This document shows positions 44,375 to 53,294 of a stretch of 64,000 bases of DNA, in pieces. How positions within the stretch are numbered: the first letter of the stretch is position 1; every line of letters begins with the position of its first letter. The stretch is from Solirubrobacterales bacterium (GTDB lineage Bacteria; Actinomycetota; Thermoleophilia; Solirubrobacterales; 70-9): contig JAGQUT010000008.1 in assembly GCA_020438355.1 (NCBI GenBank), positions 20,683-84,682 on the forward strand, in the 5' to 3' direction. The notes under the pieces were generated by a model. The model did not search any database and was not told where the DNA came from. It saw only the letters and a list, made by a program, of their open reading frames with translations. The translations under genes were made by a program, and so were the position numbers.

Positions 44375-46015
44375 TCAGCCGAGTTCGGAGAAGCCGGGGG
44401 GCGCCTTCGACATCTCCAGGGCCGCGAGCTGCTTGTGATGGGTGCGGATCTCCGACAGCATCCGCTCCAGCCGGGGTTCCATCGACGTGTCGAGATGGGT
44501 CATCGCACCAGCGACCGCCGGATGTACCTCGGCGATCTCGTCGTGCATCGCCTGGGCCACAGCCCTGTAGGTGGGATGGCCTTCCCTGCCTGACCGGAGT
44601 TCGATCAGCTGCATCGCCTCCCTGGCATTCAAATCAAGCACGTACCGGATCCGGTAGCCGAGGCAGAGCGCGTACGGAGCCATCTCGGGGTGGCCCTCGT
44701 CCCGCAGCCTTTCGTACTCGTTCCGGGAGATCTCGAGTGCCTGTTCGTAGGCACCGCCGACGCCGGCATCGCGGACCTCGTCCGGCACGCCAGCCCCAAG
44801 GTCCGGGGTGAGGGTCTGCCACTGGCAGGTCAGCATGCGGTGCCGCTGCAGGTCCCGGAAAGCGCCGTAATCCGAGACGATCTCGAACCGGTAGCTGACC
44901 GATTCGTAGCCGCGCCCGGGACGGTGCCGGCGGTTTCGGCGTTCGCCGATCATCGCGGCCATCAGTTCTTCGCGCTGGGCCGAATCGAGTCGGGCGATCC
45001 GCTCCCGGATCCTCTCTTCCGAGACGTCGGACTCCTCGAAGAGGCAGCCGGAGAGCAGGTCATCCTCGGTGCCCCGGACCCGGGTCAGTTCAACGGTCGG
45101 GCCCGCATCTTCGCTTTCGCGATCCCCCAGCCCGAGTCGTTCCACCCAGTCGGAAGTTGCCTGACGGCGCTCCTCCAGGAACGAGATCCACTCTCCGCCC
45201 CGGTCGGGTCGCCCGACCCTGGAAACGAAACTCGGAATCACCTTGTTCAGCTCGTCGAGAATCATCCCGCCGAAGCGCCGGGCTTCCGGCAGCGGGGAGG
45301 CCATCATCCGGAAAAGCAGTTGCTCCCAAGCCTGGCCGGAAGCGTAGATGCCGACATGGCTGAGGGTGGCAGCAGGCAAGAGGCCGCGAAGCAGATCCAG
45401 AGACTTCGCCTTGATCGACCGACGCCACGGTCCTTCCGGTTCGTCATCGCCACGAGGCCACCTCTCTGCGGCCCAGATCTCGACCTCGGAGAGCGACTCC
45501 GAGTAGATCCTGAAGATCTCGTCCATCGCCGATTCGAAGCGGGGGTCGAGGGCTTCCCCGCGAAGGTAACGGTAGCCCCCTCCCGGCATCTCCTGGTCAT
45601 AGGCGATGTAGCGGGTGGACTGCTCGAGGTAGGCCGCGAGGCGCCCCCGCTGCAGCACTTTGGTGAGGATGTTCGAAACCCATTCGCAAGCTACGTGGGC
45701 ACCACCGAGCTGCGCGATCGAATCATCGCCGTAGCCGAGGAAGACGCTCTCGTAGAGCTTGGCGGCGCGCTGGCCTTCCTCCCCGTCGAAGGGCTTCAGA
45801 CGGCCCTCGGGATCGACCGCAGCCGCGTCGGCCGCGAATTCGTCGAGGTAAAGGCGCCGCAGGGTTCCTCCGTAACGGGAGTACCGTGCGAAAAGGGCCC
45901 CCTTGACCGTTTCCGGCAGGTTGGTCAGGGCGAAAACGGGCTGGTCGAGATTGGTGAAGTACGGAGCGAGCAGAGACTGCTCCTCCGGGGTGAAACTCTC
46001 GACCGGGTAGCGCAT
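44375..46015 (-). CDS. double-length ThyX (Thy1)-like flavin-dependent thymidylate synthase-like protein
   Basis: Two ThyX-like halves: the first carries RGRxxxxxxxSTRY and the second RHRMLT. Family and function are tentative. Confidence 0.6.
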   Translation of the reverse strand: MRYPVESFTPEEQSLLAPYFTNLDQPVFALTNLPETVKGALFARYSRYGGTLRRLYLDEFAADAAAVDPEGRLKPFDGEEGQRAAKLYESVFLGYGDDSIAQLGGAHVACEWVSNILTKVLQRGRLAAYLEQSTRYIAYDQEMPGGGYRYLRGEALDPRFESAMDEIFRIYSESLSEVEIWAAERWPRGDDEPEGPWRRSIKAKSLDLLRGLLPAATLSHVGIYASGQAWEQLLFRMMASPLPEARRFGGMILDELNKVIPSFVSRVGRPDRGGEWISFLEERRQATSDWVERLGLGDRESEDAGPTVELTRVRGTEDDLLSGCLFEESDVSEERIRERIARLDSAQREELMAAMIGERRNRRHRPGRGYESVSYRFEIVSDYGAFRDLQRHRMLTCQWQTLTPDLGAGVPDEVRDAGVGGAYEQALEISRNEYERLRDEGHPEMAPYALCLGYRIRYVLDLNAREAMQLIELRSGREGHPTYRAVAQAMHDEIAEVHPAVAGAMTHLDTSMEPRLERMLSEIRTHHKQLAALEMSKAPPGFSELG

Positions 46016-46079
46016 CCGTCGAACCTAACAGGCGCGCCTGACGGTCGCGTGGAGGGTTATGTAGACCCGAGGTGCCCGG

Positions 46080-47618
46080 TCAGGCCGGCGGGACCCGGAG
46101 CAGCCCTCCGCCGGGCGAGACCAGGTAGAGAGTTACCGCGTTCCGGCCTCGGCGCATCGCGCTCGGGGGCACCATCACCCCGAACTGAACGTGATCCAGA
46201 TACTCGAAGGTCCGGCTGGTTCCGACGATTCGTCCGTTCCAGGCAAGGGCAACGACCCGGTTCGACCCGACTCCTGCGAGGCGCCCCGAGACGAGCGAAG
46301 GCACGAAGTTGGAAGAGCTGTCTGCGCGGCGGATTCGCGAATCAGAGACATACAGGCCGTGGCTGGCACCAACTGCCACCCTTGTCTTCCCAGGTCGCTT
46401 GCCGATAAGAGAACTTCGGGGTCCGAGGTGCCAGAGGTCGCGGGCTCCCAGGCGCCGGTACTGATCGGCGACCACCTGTTTGCGGTCGGCCCGGATTTCG
46501 TCCGCGGTGACCTTGATCACCCGAAGCTGGTCGCGGCCAACTGTCATCACGCGATCCTGATCGGTCTCGCTGACCGGAATTCCGTCGGTGGCCGGGATTG
46601 CCGCTCCGAGTTCGGCCGCAATCGTGGGCAGGATGTCGAGGTTCTGGGTAGAGGCGGTCGACACGACACCCTTCTCCTGGCCCGGGTACTTGATGATCAG
46701 GGGCGGGTTGATCGTCGCTCCCTGATTTGTTTCGGAGACGTCACGCCGCAGGTCGTCCGGGTCGAACGAAATGCCGTGGTCGGCGGTGAGGATGATCATC
46801 GCTTCGTCGAAATCCCCGTTCTGCCTGATCCTGCCGAGGATCCTGCCGACCAGCCGGTCCGCATATCCGGTCTGGAGCAGGTGACGGGACTGCGCGAAGG
46901 CAACGGCCGCCTCCCCGGTTGTCCAGCCGTTACGGGTGAGGTCGGTCGGCATGATCAACGGGCCGGGCTTGTAGGCCTGGCCCGAGGGGATGAAACGAAG
47001 AGGGGCATGAGGCACTTCGACATGGACGAAAGAGAGGGTGCCCGGACCCTGGGGGATGCCTACGATCCATTCCTTGAGTCCCGCCGGGGCGAAGGGCTTG
47101 AACTTAGCCTTTATGAAGTCATCGGCCCGCTTGGCGTCGGGAGCTTCGCCCTGGTTGCCATCAGGACAGATCTCGACCGGACAGAGTTCGGTCACCGTCT
47201 CCATGCTGTGGACCTCCCGGCCTGGGCCCAGGAGGGTGAACAGGTTGTTCGGCTGGGCTTCGGCGGTCGGGATCGTCAGTTCGTTGACGGTGTTGCCGGT
47301 GAGGATCCCCGGGACCGCCCAAGCGGTGAAATCCCCGGCAGCGACGTTGTCCCGGTACCAGGTGGCCCCCCGGGCGAACCTGGCGATCCGGGGAAAGCGA
47401 TCGGCATTGACCCGTTTGCCGTCCCCGGTCAGGAGGTTTGCGGTCGGAAGCTCGTCGAGCACAATCAGGACCACCGGGGTGTCGGAGCCGAGTCGCTCAT
47501 CATCGGGTGCCGCACCTTCGCTGCTGGACCACCAACCGGTTAGAGAAAGAGCGGTCACAACAGTTGCAGCCAGTCCCAGCAACCCGGCCGCCCTTGGCGT
47601 GAAAAGCGAACGGGTCAC
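46080..47618 (-). CDS. membrane-anchored sulfatase/alkaline-phosphatase-superfamily protein
   Basis: N-terminal TM segment, VVLIVLDELP metal-binding start and ILTADHGISF. GTGA overlap with the upstream VOC gene. Confidence 0.7.
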   Translation of the reverse strand: MTRSLFTPRAAGLLGLAATVVTALSLTGWWSSSEGAAPDDERLGSDTPVVLIVLDELPTANLLTGDGKRVNADRFPRIARFARGATWYRDNVAAGDFTAWAVPGILTGNTVNELTIPTAEAQPNNLFTLLGPGREVHSMETVTELCPVEICPDGNQGEAPDAKRADDFIKAKFKPFAPAGLKEWIVGIPQGPGTLSFVHVEVPHAPLRFIPSGQAYKPGPLIMPTDLTRNGWTTGEAAVAFAQSRHLLQTGYADRLVGRILGRIRQNGDFDEAMIILTADHGISFDPDDLRRDVSETNQGATINPPLIIKYPGQEKGVVSTASTQNLDILPTIAAELGAAIPATDGIPVSETDQDRVMTVGRDQLRVIKVTADEIRADRKQVVADQYRRLGARDLWHLGPRSSLIGKRPGKTRVAVGASHGLYVSDSRIRRADSSSNFVPSLVSGRLAGVGSNRVVALAWNGRIVGTSRTFEYLDHVQFGVMVPPSAMRRGRNAVTLYLVSPGGGLLRVPPA

Positions 47619-47989
47619 GATCCCTGCTCCGTGGCCGGCGCCGGGGGCGCAGCCATGATTTCGACGAGGTGTCCTGCCGGTGTCCTGACCTTCACCCTGC
47701 GCTCACCCCACAGTTTCCGCCCTTCCTGCACCTCGAACCCAGCCTCCTGCAGCCTTTCGACGGTGGCATTCATATCTCCGGAAACCACGGCCACATGGCC
47801 GCGGCTGGGCGGCACTGCCGGATCATCTGTCTCCATGAGGTGAATCTGGGTCCCCTCCCTCTCGTACCAGCTGAAACCCTCACCGAGCGCTGGAGGTGCG
47901 GGCACCGCCTCGAAACCGGCCGCGATCCAGAACCCGCCTTCGGCAGCCATATCTTCGGGCCGAACCTCCAGGGCAACGTGATGAAGCAT
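47615..47989 (-). CDS. VOC/glyoxalase-family protein
   Basis: MLHHVALEV...GHVAV...HLVEI pattern. Start set at ATG 47989. Confidence 0.75.
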   Translation of the reverse strand: MLHHVALEVRPEDMAAEGGFWIAAGFEAVPAPPALGEGFSWYEREGTQIHLMETDDPAVPPSRGHVAVVSGDMNATVERLQEAGFEVQEGRKLWGERRVKVRTPAGHLVEIMAAPPAPATEQGS

Positions 47990-48029
47990 GAGGGAATGGT
48001 CCCAGATGCAGACGGGAGCGGCCAGAGAA

Positions 48030-48953
48030 TCAGAAGAGAACTGCCCAGCCGGCAACGCCGAGGAGGACTATCACCGTCGTGTAGACGATCGCCTCGGCCG
48101 CCGTTCTGAGATCGAGTCCGTAGGCGTGACCGACGATCATCGAGTTGAGGCCTGTCGGCATCACCGCCAGCAGGTAGTAGGAGTCCGGCACGTCGCTGAA
48201 CGGGAGGGTGAAGAGCAGCAGTAGCGCCGGTGCTGCGACCAGCCGGCAGATGATGACCGCCCCGAGAGGCTTGTGCGGTCGCGGCGGAATCTTCATGACT
48301 CCGTCCCGGACCTCTTCGGTGAGGATCGCGCCAACTGCGAAGAAACCCACGACCAGGGGAATGCCCACCAGGAGCCTCGAGATATCGACCGCGATGTCGG
48401 GCGCGATGGCATCCGGAGCGAGCAGGCCGAGGATCGCGGCGAACAGGATCGGGTTCTTGAGAAAGAAGGCCTTCAGGCGTTCCCGGAATCCCTCACCTGC
48501 CTTGGTTCCGAAGGCCGCGCCAACCCCGAATGCCCCGATCATCAGAGTCAGGTAGCTGACCACGACGTCGAAGAGGACCGCATTGGTCAGGGCCTCGCCG
48601 CCCATCAGCGTGTAGACCATCGGATACCCGAGGTACGACGTGTTGGCGAGGATCGCCGAGCAAATGACTGCGCCAGCTACCGGCCGTTCCAGTTTGAGTA
48701 CTGGCACGGCGAAGAACCAGGCGAGCAGGCCGACACAGACCGAGGTGAGGATCCCGGCCCCGATTCCCGCTCCACCCCCGAAGGTCAACTCGACATGGGC
48801 GATGTTGAAAAAGACGATCGGCGGCAGGACGAAGTAGAGGATCAGCAGCAGCCCGCGACGGGACCCGCTACCCGCCTTGTCGGGCCACCGATGCTCCCCG
48901 TAAATCCCGGCCGAGACCGAGACAAGGATCGTCAAAAGAATCCAGACCACCAA
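48030..48953 (-). CDS. AEC (auxin efflux carrier)-family transporter
   Basis: About 10 TM segments with typical AEC N- and C-terminal repeats (ANTSYLGYP, MPTGLNSMI). Confidence 0.85.
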   Translation of the reverse strand: MVVWILLTILVSVSAGIYGEHRWPDKAGSGSRRGLLLILYFVLPPIVFFNIAHVELTFGGGAGIGAGILTSVCVGLLAWFFAVPVLKLERPVAGAVICSAILANTSYLGYPMVYTLMGGEALTNAVLFDVVVSYLTLMIGAFGVGAAFGTKAGEGFRERLKAFFLKNPILFAAILGLLAPDAIAPDIAVDISRLLVGIPLVVGFFAVGAILTEEVRDGVMKIPPRPHKPLGAVIICRLVAAPALLLLFTLPFSDVPDSYYLLAVMPTGLNSMIVGHAYGLDLRTAAEAIVYTTVIVLLGVAGWAVLF

Positions 48954-49021
48954 GCCAACCTAACGGCAAGTCACCCGCGTCGTCCTTGGCGGAGCCCGCC
49001 AGTCCCTTCCCGGACAATCAA

Positions 49022-49070
49022 TCGAGATTGAGTTGAATCGCAAATAGAGCGACTGAACTCAACCTCGGCG
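49022..49070. repeat. hairpin-forming repeat, copy 1
   Basis: The first 33 bp are identical to 50156-50188. On the minus strand it reads GAGGTTGAGTT-c-AGTCGC-tctattt-GCGATT-c-AACTCAATCTC. Confidence 0.85.
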
Positions 49071-50057
49071 CTAGGAGACGCCTCTGATCTGGTGATCAAG
49101 GACTCGATCCACCACTCCCTCAGGGTCGCGGGCAAACTCCCTGAAAGTCGTCCGAAGCACCGTCAGCCCGAAGGCCAGAAGGTGTTGCTCCTTCTTCAGG
49201 TCGATCTGCTTCTGAACCGAACCACCGTGGAAGGCTTCACCGTCCGTTTCGAGGACCAGACCAAACTCGGGCCAGTAGAAGTCAACCTCCACGCCGTGGA
49301 CCTTCACATTCACTTGAGGCATCGAGTTACTCAACTGCGGCTCGGCCAGCATGCGACCGTGCCAGACAAGAAGGAACCAGCCCTCCAAGACTGATCGCAC
49401 CCTGCCTAACTCCGGGACCCAAAGCGCCAAGTACCGACGCAGCGTCGTCGCTCCACGCCTGCCCGCGACTCGAACATGGCAGTACTCGAGGTCTGAACGG
49501 CGAAGTAGCTTCAACCGGCATGCCTCAAGGAAGGCAAACCTGATCGCTCGATCGGATTCACTTGCCGCGAACTCGATCAGCGCCAACACGGGGTTTACCA
49601 GGGGCACCCCGTCCTTCACAACTATTTCGCCGGGCTCGAAGAAACGTTGGGCGACCGTGACCTCCACCCGGCGCATTGCCGGAGACTTGCCGCGCAGCTT
49701 CCTCGACTGACCCACGGGGCTACCTACTTGAATTCGAGTCGGAACTCCCTCGGGCGAGGTCACGAGGCCCCACTTCTCACAAGCACTCCTCGCGATAAGG
49801 GCCGAACCCTCGCCGGCCGCGAGCGTTGCAGCACGCCAGGCCGCGTCGCACGTCTCTATGTCCCGACCAAGAGCGTAGGTTGACTGGAGGATCCTGATCA
49901 ACCTGCCGTTTCTGACCCAGCTGTTGATCTGTCGGGCGGAGATTCCGGCCCCCCGGAGTTCGTTCCTGTGGGCGACGAACGACCGGCGGGACATGAATCC
50001 ATAGAGGTACCTCAGCCGTTCTTTGGAGCTCTCTCTACTAGCAACGTCGGGTTCCAC
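49071..50057 (-). CDS. DUF559 (Vsr-fold endonuclease-like) protein with an AbiEi-like N-terminal domain
   Basis: C-terminal VEVDFYWPEFGLVLETDGEAFHG...LLAFGLTVLR. Codon usage is atypical for the window, with many AGG/AGA/TTG/GTA/ATA codons. Confidence 0.8.
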   Translation of the reverse strand: MEPDVASRESSKERLRYLYGFMSRRSFVAHRNELRGAGISARQINSWVRNGRLIRILQSTYALGRDIETCDAAWRAATLAAGEGSALIARSACEKWGLVTSPEGVPTRIQVGSPVGQSRKLRGKSPAMRRVEVTVAQRFFEPGEIVVKDGVPLVNPVLALIEFAASESDRAIRFAFLEACRLKLLRRSDLEYCHVRVAGRRGATTLRRYLALWVPELGRVRSVLEGWFLLVWHGRMLAEPQLSNSMPQVNVKVHGVEVDFYWPEFGLVLETDGEAFHGGSVQKQIDLKKEQHLLAFGLTVLRTTFREFARDPEGVVDRVLDHQIRGVS

Positions 50058-50155
50058 CTCCCCAACGTGCCGAGAAGAAGCTCACATGTGTCGCTACAGG
50101 GGTAAAGATTCACTGATGAGGACTGCTGTTGCCATTCAGCGCGAGTTCACAACGG

Positions 50156-50204
50156 TCGAGATTGAGTTGAATCGCAAATAGAGCGACTCAGCTAAATCTC
50201 GACG
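50156..50204. repeat. hairpin-forming repeat, copy 2
   Basis: tcgagattgagttgaatcgcaaatagagcgact is identical to copy 1, and 10 of the next 16 nt also match. An alternative closing stem is GTCGAGATT/AATCTCGAC. Confidence 0.85.
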
Positions 50205-50231
50205 CCGTAACCGACGGGGTGGAGCCGCGAG

Positions 50232-50254
50232 GGCCGGTCCGAACCCGACCGGCC
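50232..50254 (-). terminator. hairpin 5 nt after the nuoN stop codon
   Basis: GGCCGGTC (50232-50239) pairs with GACCGGCC (50247-50254), with a 7-nt loop and no clear U-tract. Confidence 0.45.
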
Positions 50255-50259
50255 TGCGG

Positions 50260-51792
50260 TCAGGAGATCCAGATGCTTAGGGCGTTTCCGGCGTGATTGG
50301 CGAACTCGACCAAGGGCTGGGGGATCACGCCGAAGAACACGGCTGCCGCTGCGGCGATGATCGCGGGTGCGAGCAGGTACCAGCGGCGATCGGCGTGGGG
50401 GTCGTCAAAAGGATCCACCTGGGCGCCGGCGATCTGCGGAGGCAGGGCAGCAGTGTCGATCGCAGCCGCTTCCGGCTCATCGGCAGGACTCATCCACACC
50501 GTCGCCGCCACTCTCAGGTAGTAGGCCAGGGAGATCATCGTGCCGATCGCAATCATGACCGCGAGCCAGGTCCAGTCATCGTCGACCAGGGCCTCGATCA
50601 GGTAGAGCTTGCCAATGAACCCGACGGTCGGCGGCAGGCCGGCGAGGGCGAGCATCGCGATGGTCAGGGGCCAGGCGACCAGCGGCTTGCTGCGACCAAG
50701 GCCGCGGAGCGAGGAGATGTCATCGGAGAAGCCCGTCTGGCGCTCCCGGATCACGACGACCGCGAAGGCCGCGACGTTCATCGCCACATAGCCCGCGAGA
50801 TAGAAGACGAGCGCGTCGACACCGGCCTGGGTGGCGGTCACGATGCCGGCCAGCATGTAACCGGCCTGGGCGATGCCCGAGTAGCCGAGCATGCGTTTCA
50901 GAGAGCTCTGGGCCAGCGCGCCGACGTTTCCGACCACGATCGAAAGCGCGGCCAGCGCGGCCAGCAGCACATCCCACTGGTCGGCGATCGGTCCGAGCGC
51001 GACCTCGAAGAAACGGATGAACACGGCGAAGGCCGCTGCCTTGGTGGCCACCGCCATGAAAGCAGTCACCGGGGTGGGAGCGCCCTGGTAGACATCCGGC
51101 GTCCACTGGTGGAAGGGTGCGATCGAGACCTTGAAGGCGAGACCGACCGCGACCAGTCCGACGCCGACCAGAGTAAGTGAGTCGGAGAGCATTCCGTCAC
51201 CGGCCTGCAGTCCGTCCGCGATCGCCTGGAAGCCGGTTGCCCCGGAAGCGCCATAGATCATCGCCAGGCCGTAGAGCAGGGTGGCGGATCCGACCGATCC
51301 GACGATCAGGTACTTCAGCCCCGACTCGAGTGACTCGCGGCGCCGGAGGTTGGTACCGCAGAGCGCGTAGAGCGGGATCGAAAGAAGTTCAAGCCCGACG
51401 AAGAAGGTGAGCATGCTGGTCGCCTGGGCAAGGATCACCATGCCGAGCAGCGATCCGGTCAGCAGCGCCAGCCAGTCGCTGCGCCCGGCCTGGGTCTCGG
51501 AGGGATCACCGATTGCCAGCAGCACCGCCACCGCGGCCGAAACGACGGCGAGCAGCGAAAGCGTTACCGCCAGACCATCGAGCCGGAGTGCCCCGGCGAC
51601 CAGGTCGACATCAGCGTTCCACTGCCAGATCAGGCAGCCGGCGGTCACCGCGTACGCGAGCAGCGCGAGGACCGGACCGAAGCGCTTGATCGGATCGATG
51701 ACGGCGGCGAGGACGATCGCGACCAGCCCCGCTGTGAGGGCGATGATCGGCGAGAGACCGGCGTAGTCGATTGTCGGGGCGTCAAAGATCAT
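50260..51792 (-). CDS. nuoN: NADH-quinone oxidoreductase subunit N
   Basis: Antiporter-like 14-TM protein, last gene of the nuo cluster, overlapping nuoM by 4 nt. Confidence 0.9.
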   Translation of the reverse strand: MIFDAPTIDYAGLSPIIALTAGLVAIVLAAVIDPIKRFGPVLALLAYAVTAGCLIWQWNADVDLVAGALRLDGLAVTLSLLAVVSAAVAVLLAIGDPSETQAGRSDWLALLTGSLLGMVILAQATSMLTFFVGLELLSIPLYALCGTNLRRRESLESGLKYLIVGSVGSATLLYGLAMIYGASGATGFQAIADGLQAGDGMLSDSLTLVGVGLVAVGLAFKVSIAPFHQWTPDVYQGAPTPVTAFMAVATKAAAFAVFIRFFEVALGPIADQWDVLLAALAALSIVVGNVGALAQSSLKRMLGYSGIAQAGYMLAGIVTATQAGVDALVFYLAGYVAMNVAAFAVVVIRERQTGFSDDISSLRGLGRSKPLVAWPLTIAMLALAGLPPTVGFIGKLYLIEALVDDDWTWLAVMIAIGTMISLAYYLRVAATVWMSPADEPEAAAIDTAALPPQIAGAQVDPFDDPHADRRWYLLAPAIIAAAAAVFFGVIPQPLVEFANHAGNALSIWIS

Positions 51793-53294
51793 CGGGCTAC
51801 CTCCCTGACCACCGCCACCGCGGAATCAACGGCCGGTTCGGATCCATGGATGATCAGCTGCGGGCAGAAGGCGAGCACCACGATGATGCCGACCATCGGG
51901 ATCAGGACCAGCGCGTCGCGCAGCGATATCTCCCGCGAATCGGCGCCCTCGGGCAGCGGGTTGTGCATGGTCAGCTGGTACATCCTCAGTGCGTAGAAGG
52001 CCGCCAGGGCGACGCCGATCGAGGCGACGATCGCCCAGGCCGCATCGACCTGGAACAGACCGTTGAGGATGTAGAACTCGCCGATGAAGTTGGCTGAGGC
52101 CGGGATCGCAAGGGTTGCCATCGAGACGATCAGGAATATGACCGCGAAGACCGGGGCCTTCTTCGCGAGGCCTCCCATCGGTCCCAGTTCTGTCGACCCG
52201 GTCCGTTCGGCGATCATCGCGACGATCAGGAAGGCCGGGACGACGACCAGTCCGTGGTTGACCATCTGCAGGACGGCACCTTCGGCACCGGTCACGTCGA
52301 AGGCAAAGATGCCGGCGGTGATGAAGCCAAGCTGCGCGACGGACGAGAACCCGAGCACGAGGCGAAGGTCGGTCTTGGTGAAGGCCATCGCCGAGCCGTA
52401 GAGAATCGAGGCGACGGCGAGGACCAGCATCGTGGTCTGGAAGAGGTCGGCCGCGTCGGGCATCATCGGCAGGACGACGCGGAGGAAACCGTAGGCGCCG
52501 ACTTTTGACAGCACGGCCGAGAAGACGGCGAGGGCGGGAAGCGGCGCTGCGCGGTAGGAGTCGGGCATCCATCCGTGCAGCGGGAAGGCGGGCATCTTGA
52601 CCAGGAAGGCCGCCGCAAAGAACCAGAAGATCCAGTTTTGTGATCCGTCCGGAAGACCGCGGGCGATGATCGTCTGCATCGAGAAGGTGAGCTCGCCACC
52701 GTCGGCCGAGATGACCGCCGCGGCAATCGCCCCGACCAGCATCAGCAGGGAGCCGATCAGGGTGAAGACGATCATCTTGAGGGTCGCCGACTGGACAGTG
52801 ACTACGCCGTTGCCCGGGCTGTCCTCGGGGTCGTTCTCTCCACCCCGATCGCGCCCCCAGATGCCGAAGAGGAAGTAGAACGGCACGATCATCAGATCGA
52901 AGAAGAGGACGAAGAGCAGCAGGTCCTGGGCCAGGAAGGCACCGAGGGTTGCCGTCTCGCCGGCCAGCAGCATCAGGTAGTAGAGGGCCGGCCGTTCCGT
53001 GCCACGCATGGCGGAGAAACAGATCGCCGGGATCCAGGCGACCGTGGTCAGCAGCACGAGGAAGATCGACACGCCATCGATGCCGAGGCTGTAATCGACA
53101 CCGAGACCCGGGATCCAGGTCACGTCGGTTACGTACTGCATGCCTCCGTCAGGGTCGAATCCGGCGAGCACGCCGATCGCCAGGCCGAGCGTGATCACCG
53201 CGCCAAAGGCGGCGACCCAGGCAGCGAAGCGTTTCGGCACCAGGAGGCCGATCAGGCCGAAAAGCAGCGGAGTCCAGATGATCGAACTCAGCAT
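51789..53294 (-). CDS. nuoM: NADH-quinone oxidoreductase subunit M
   Basis: Antiporter-like subunit; motifs KMPAFPLHGWMPDSY and position in the operon. Confidence 0.9.
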   Translation of the reverse strand: MLSSIIWTPLLFGLIGLLVPKRFAAWVAAFGAVITLGLAIGVLAGFDPDGGMQYVTDVTWIPGLGVDYSLGIDGVSIFLVLLTTVAWIPAICFSAMRGTERPALYYLMLLAGETATLGAFLAQDLLLFVLFFDLMIVPFYFLFGIWGRDRGGENDPEDSPGNGVVTVQSATLKMIVFTLIGSLLMLVGAIAAAVISADGGELTFSMQTIIARGLPDGSQNWIFWFFAAAFLVKMPAFPLHGWMPDSYRAAPLPALAVFSAVLSKVGAYGFLRVVLPMMPDAADLFQTTMLVLAVASILYGSAMAFTKTDLRLVLGFSSVAQLGFITAGIFAFDVTGAEGAVLQMVNHGLVVVPAFLIVAMIAERTGSTELGPMGGLAKKAPVFAVIFLIVSMATLAIPASANFIGEFYILNGLFQVDAAWAIVASIGVALAAFYALRMYQLTMHNPLPEGADSREISLRDALVLIPMVGIIVVLAFCPQLIIHGSEPAVDSAVAVVREVAR

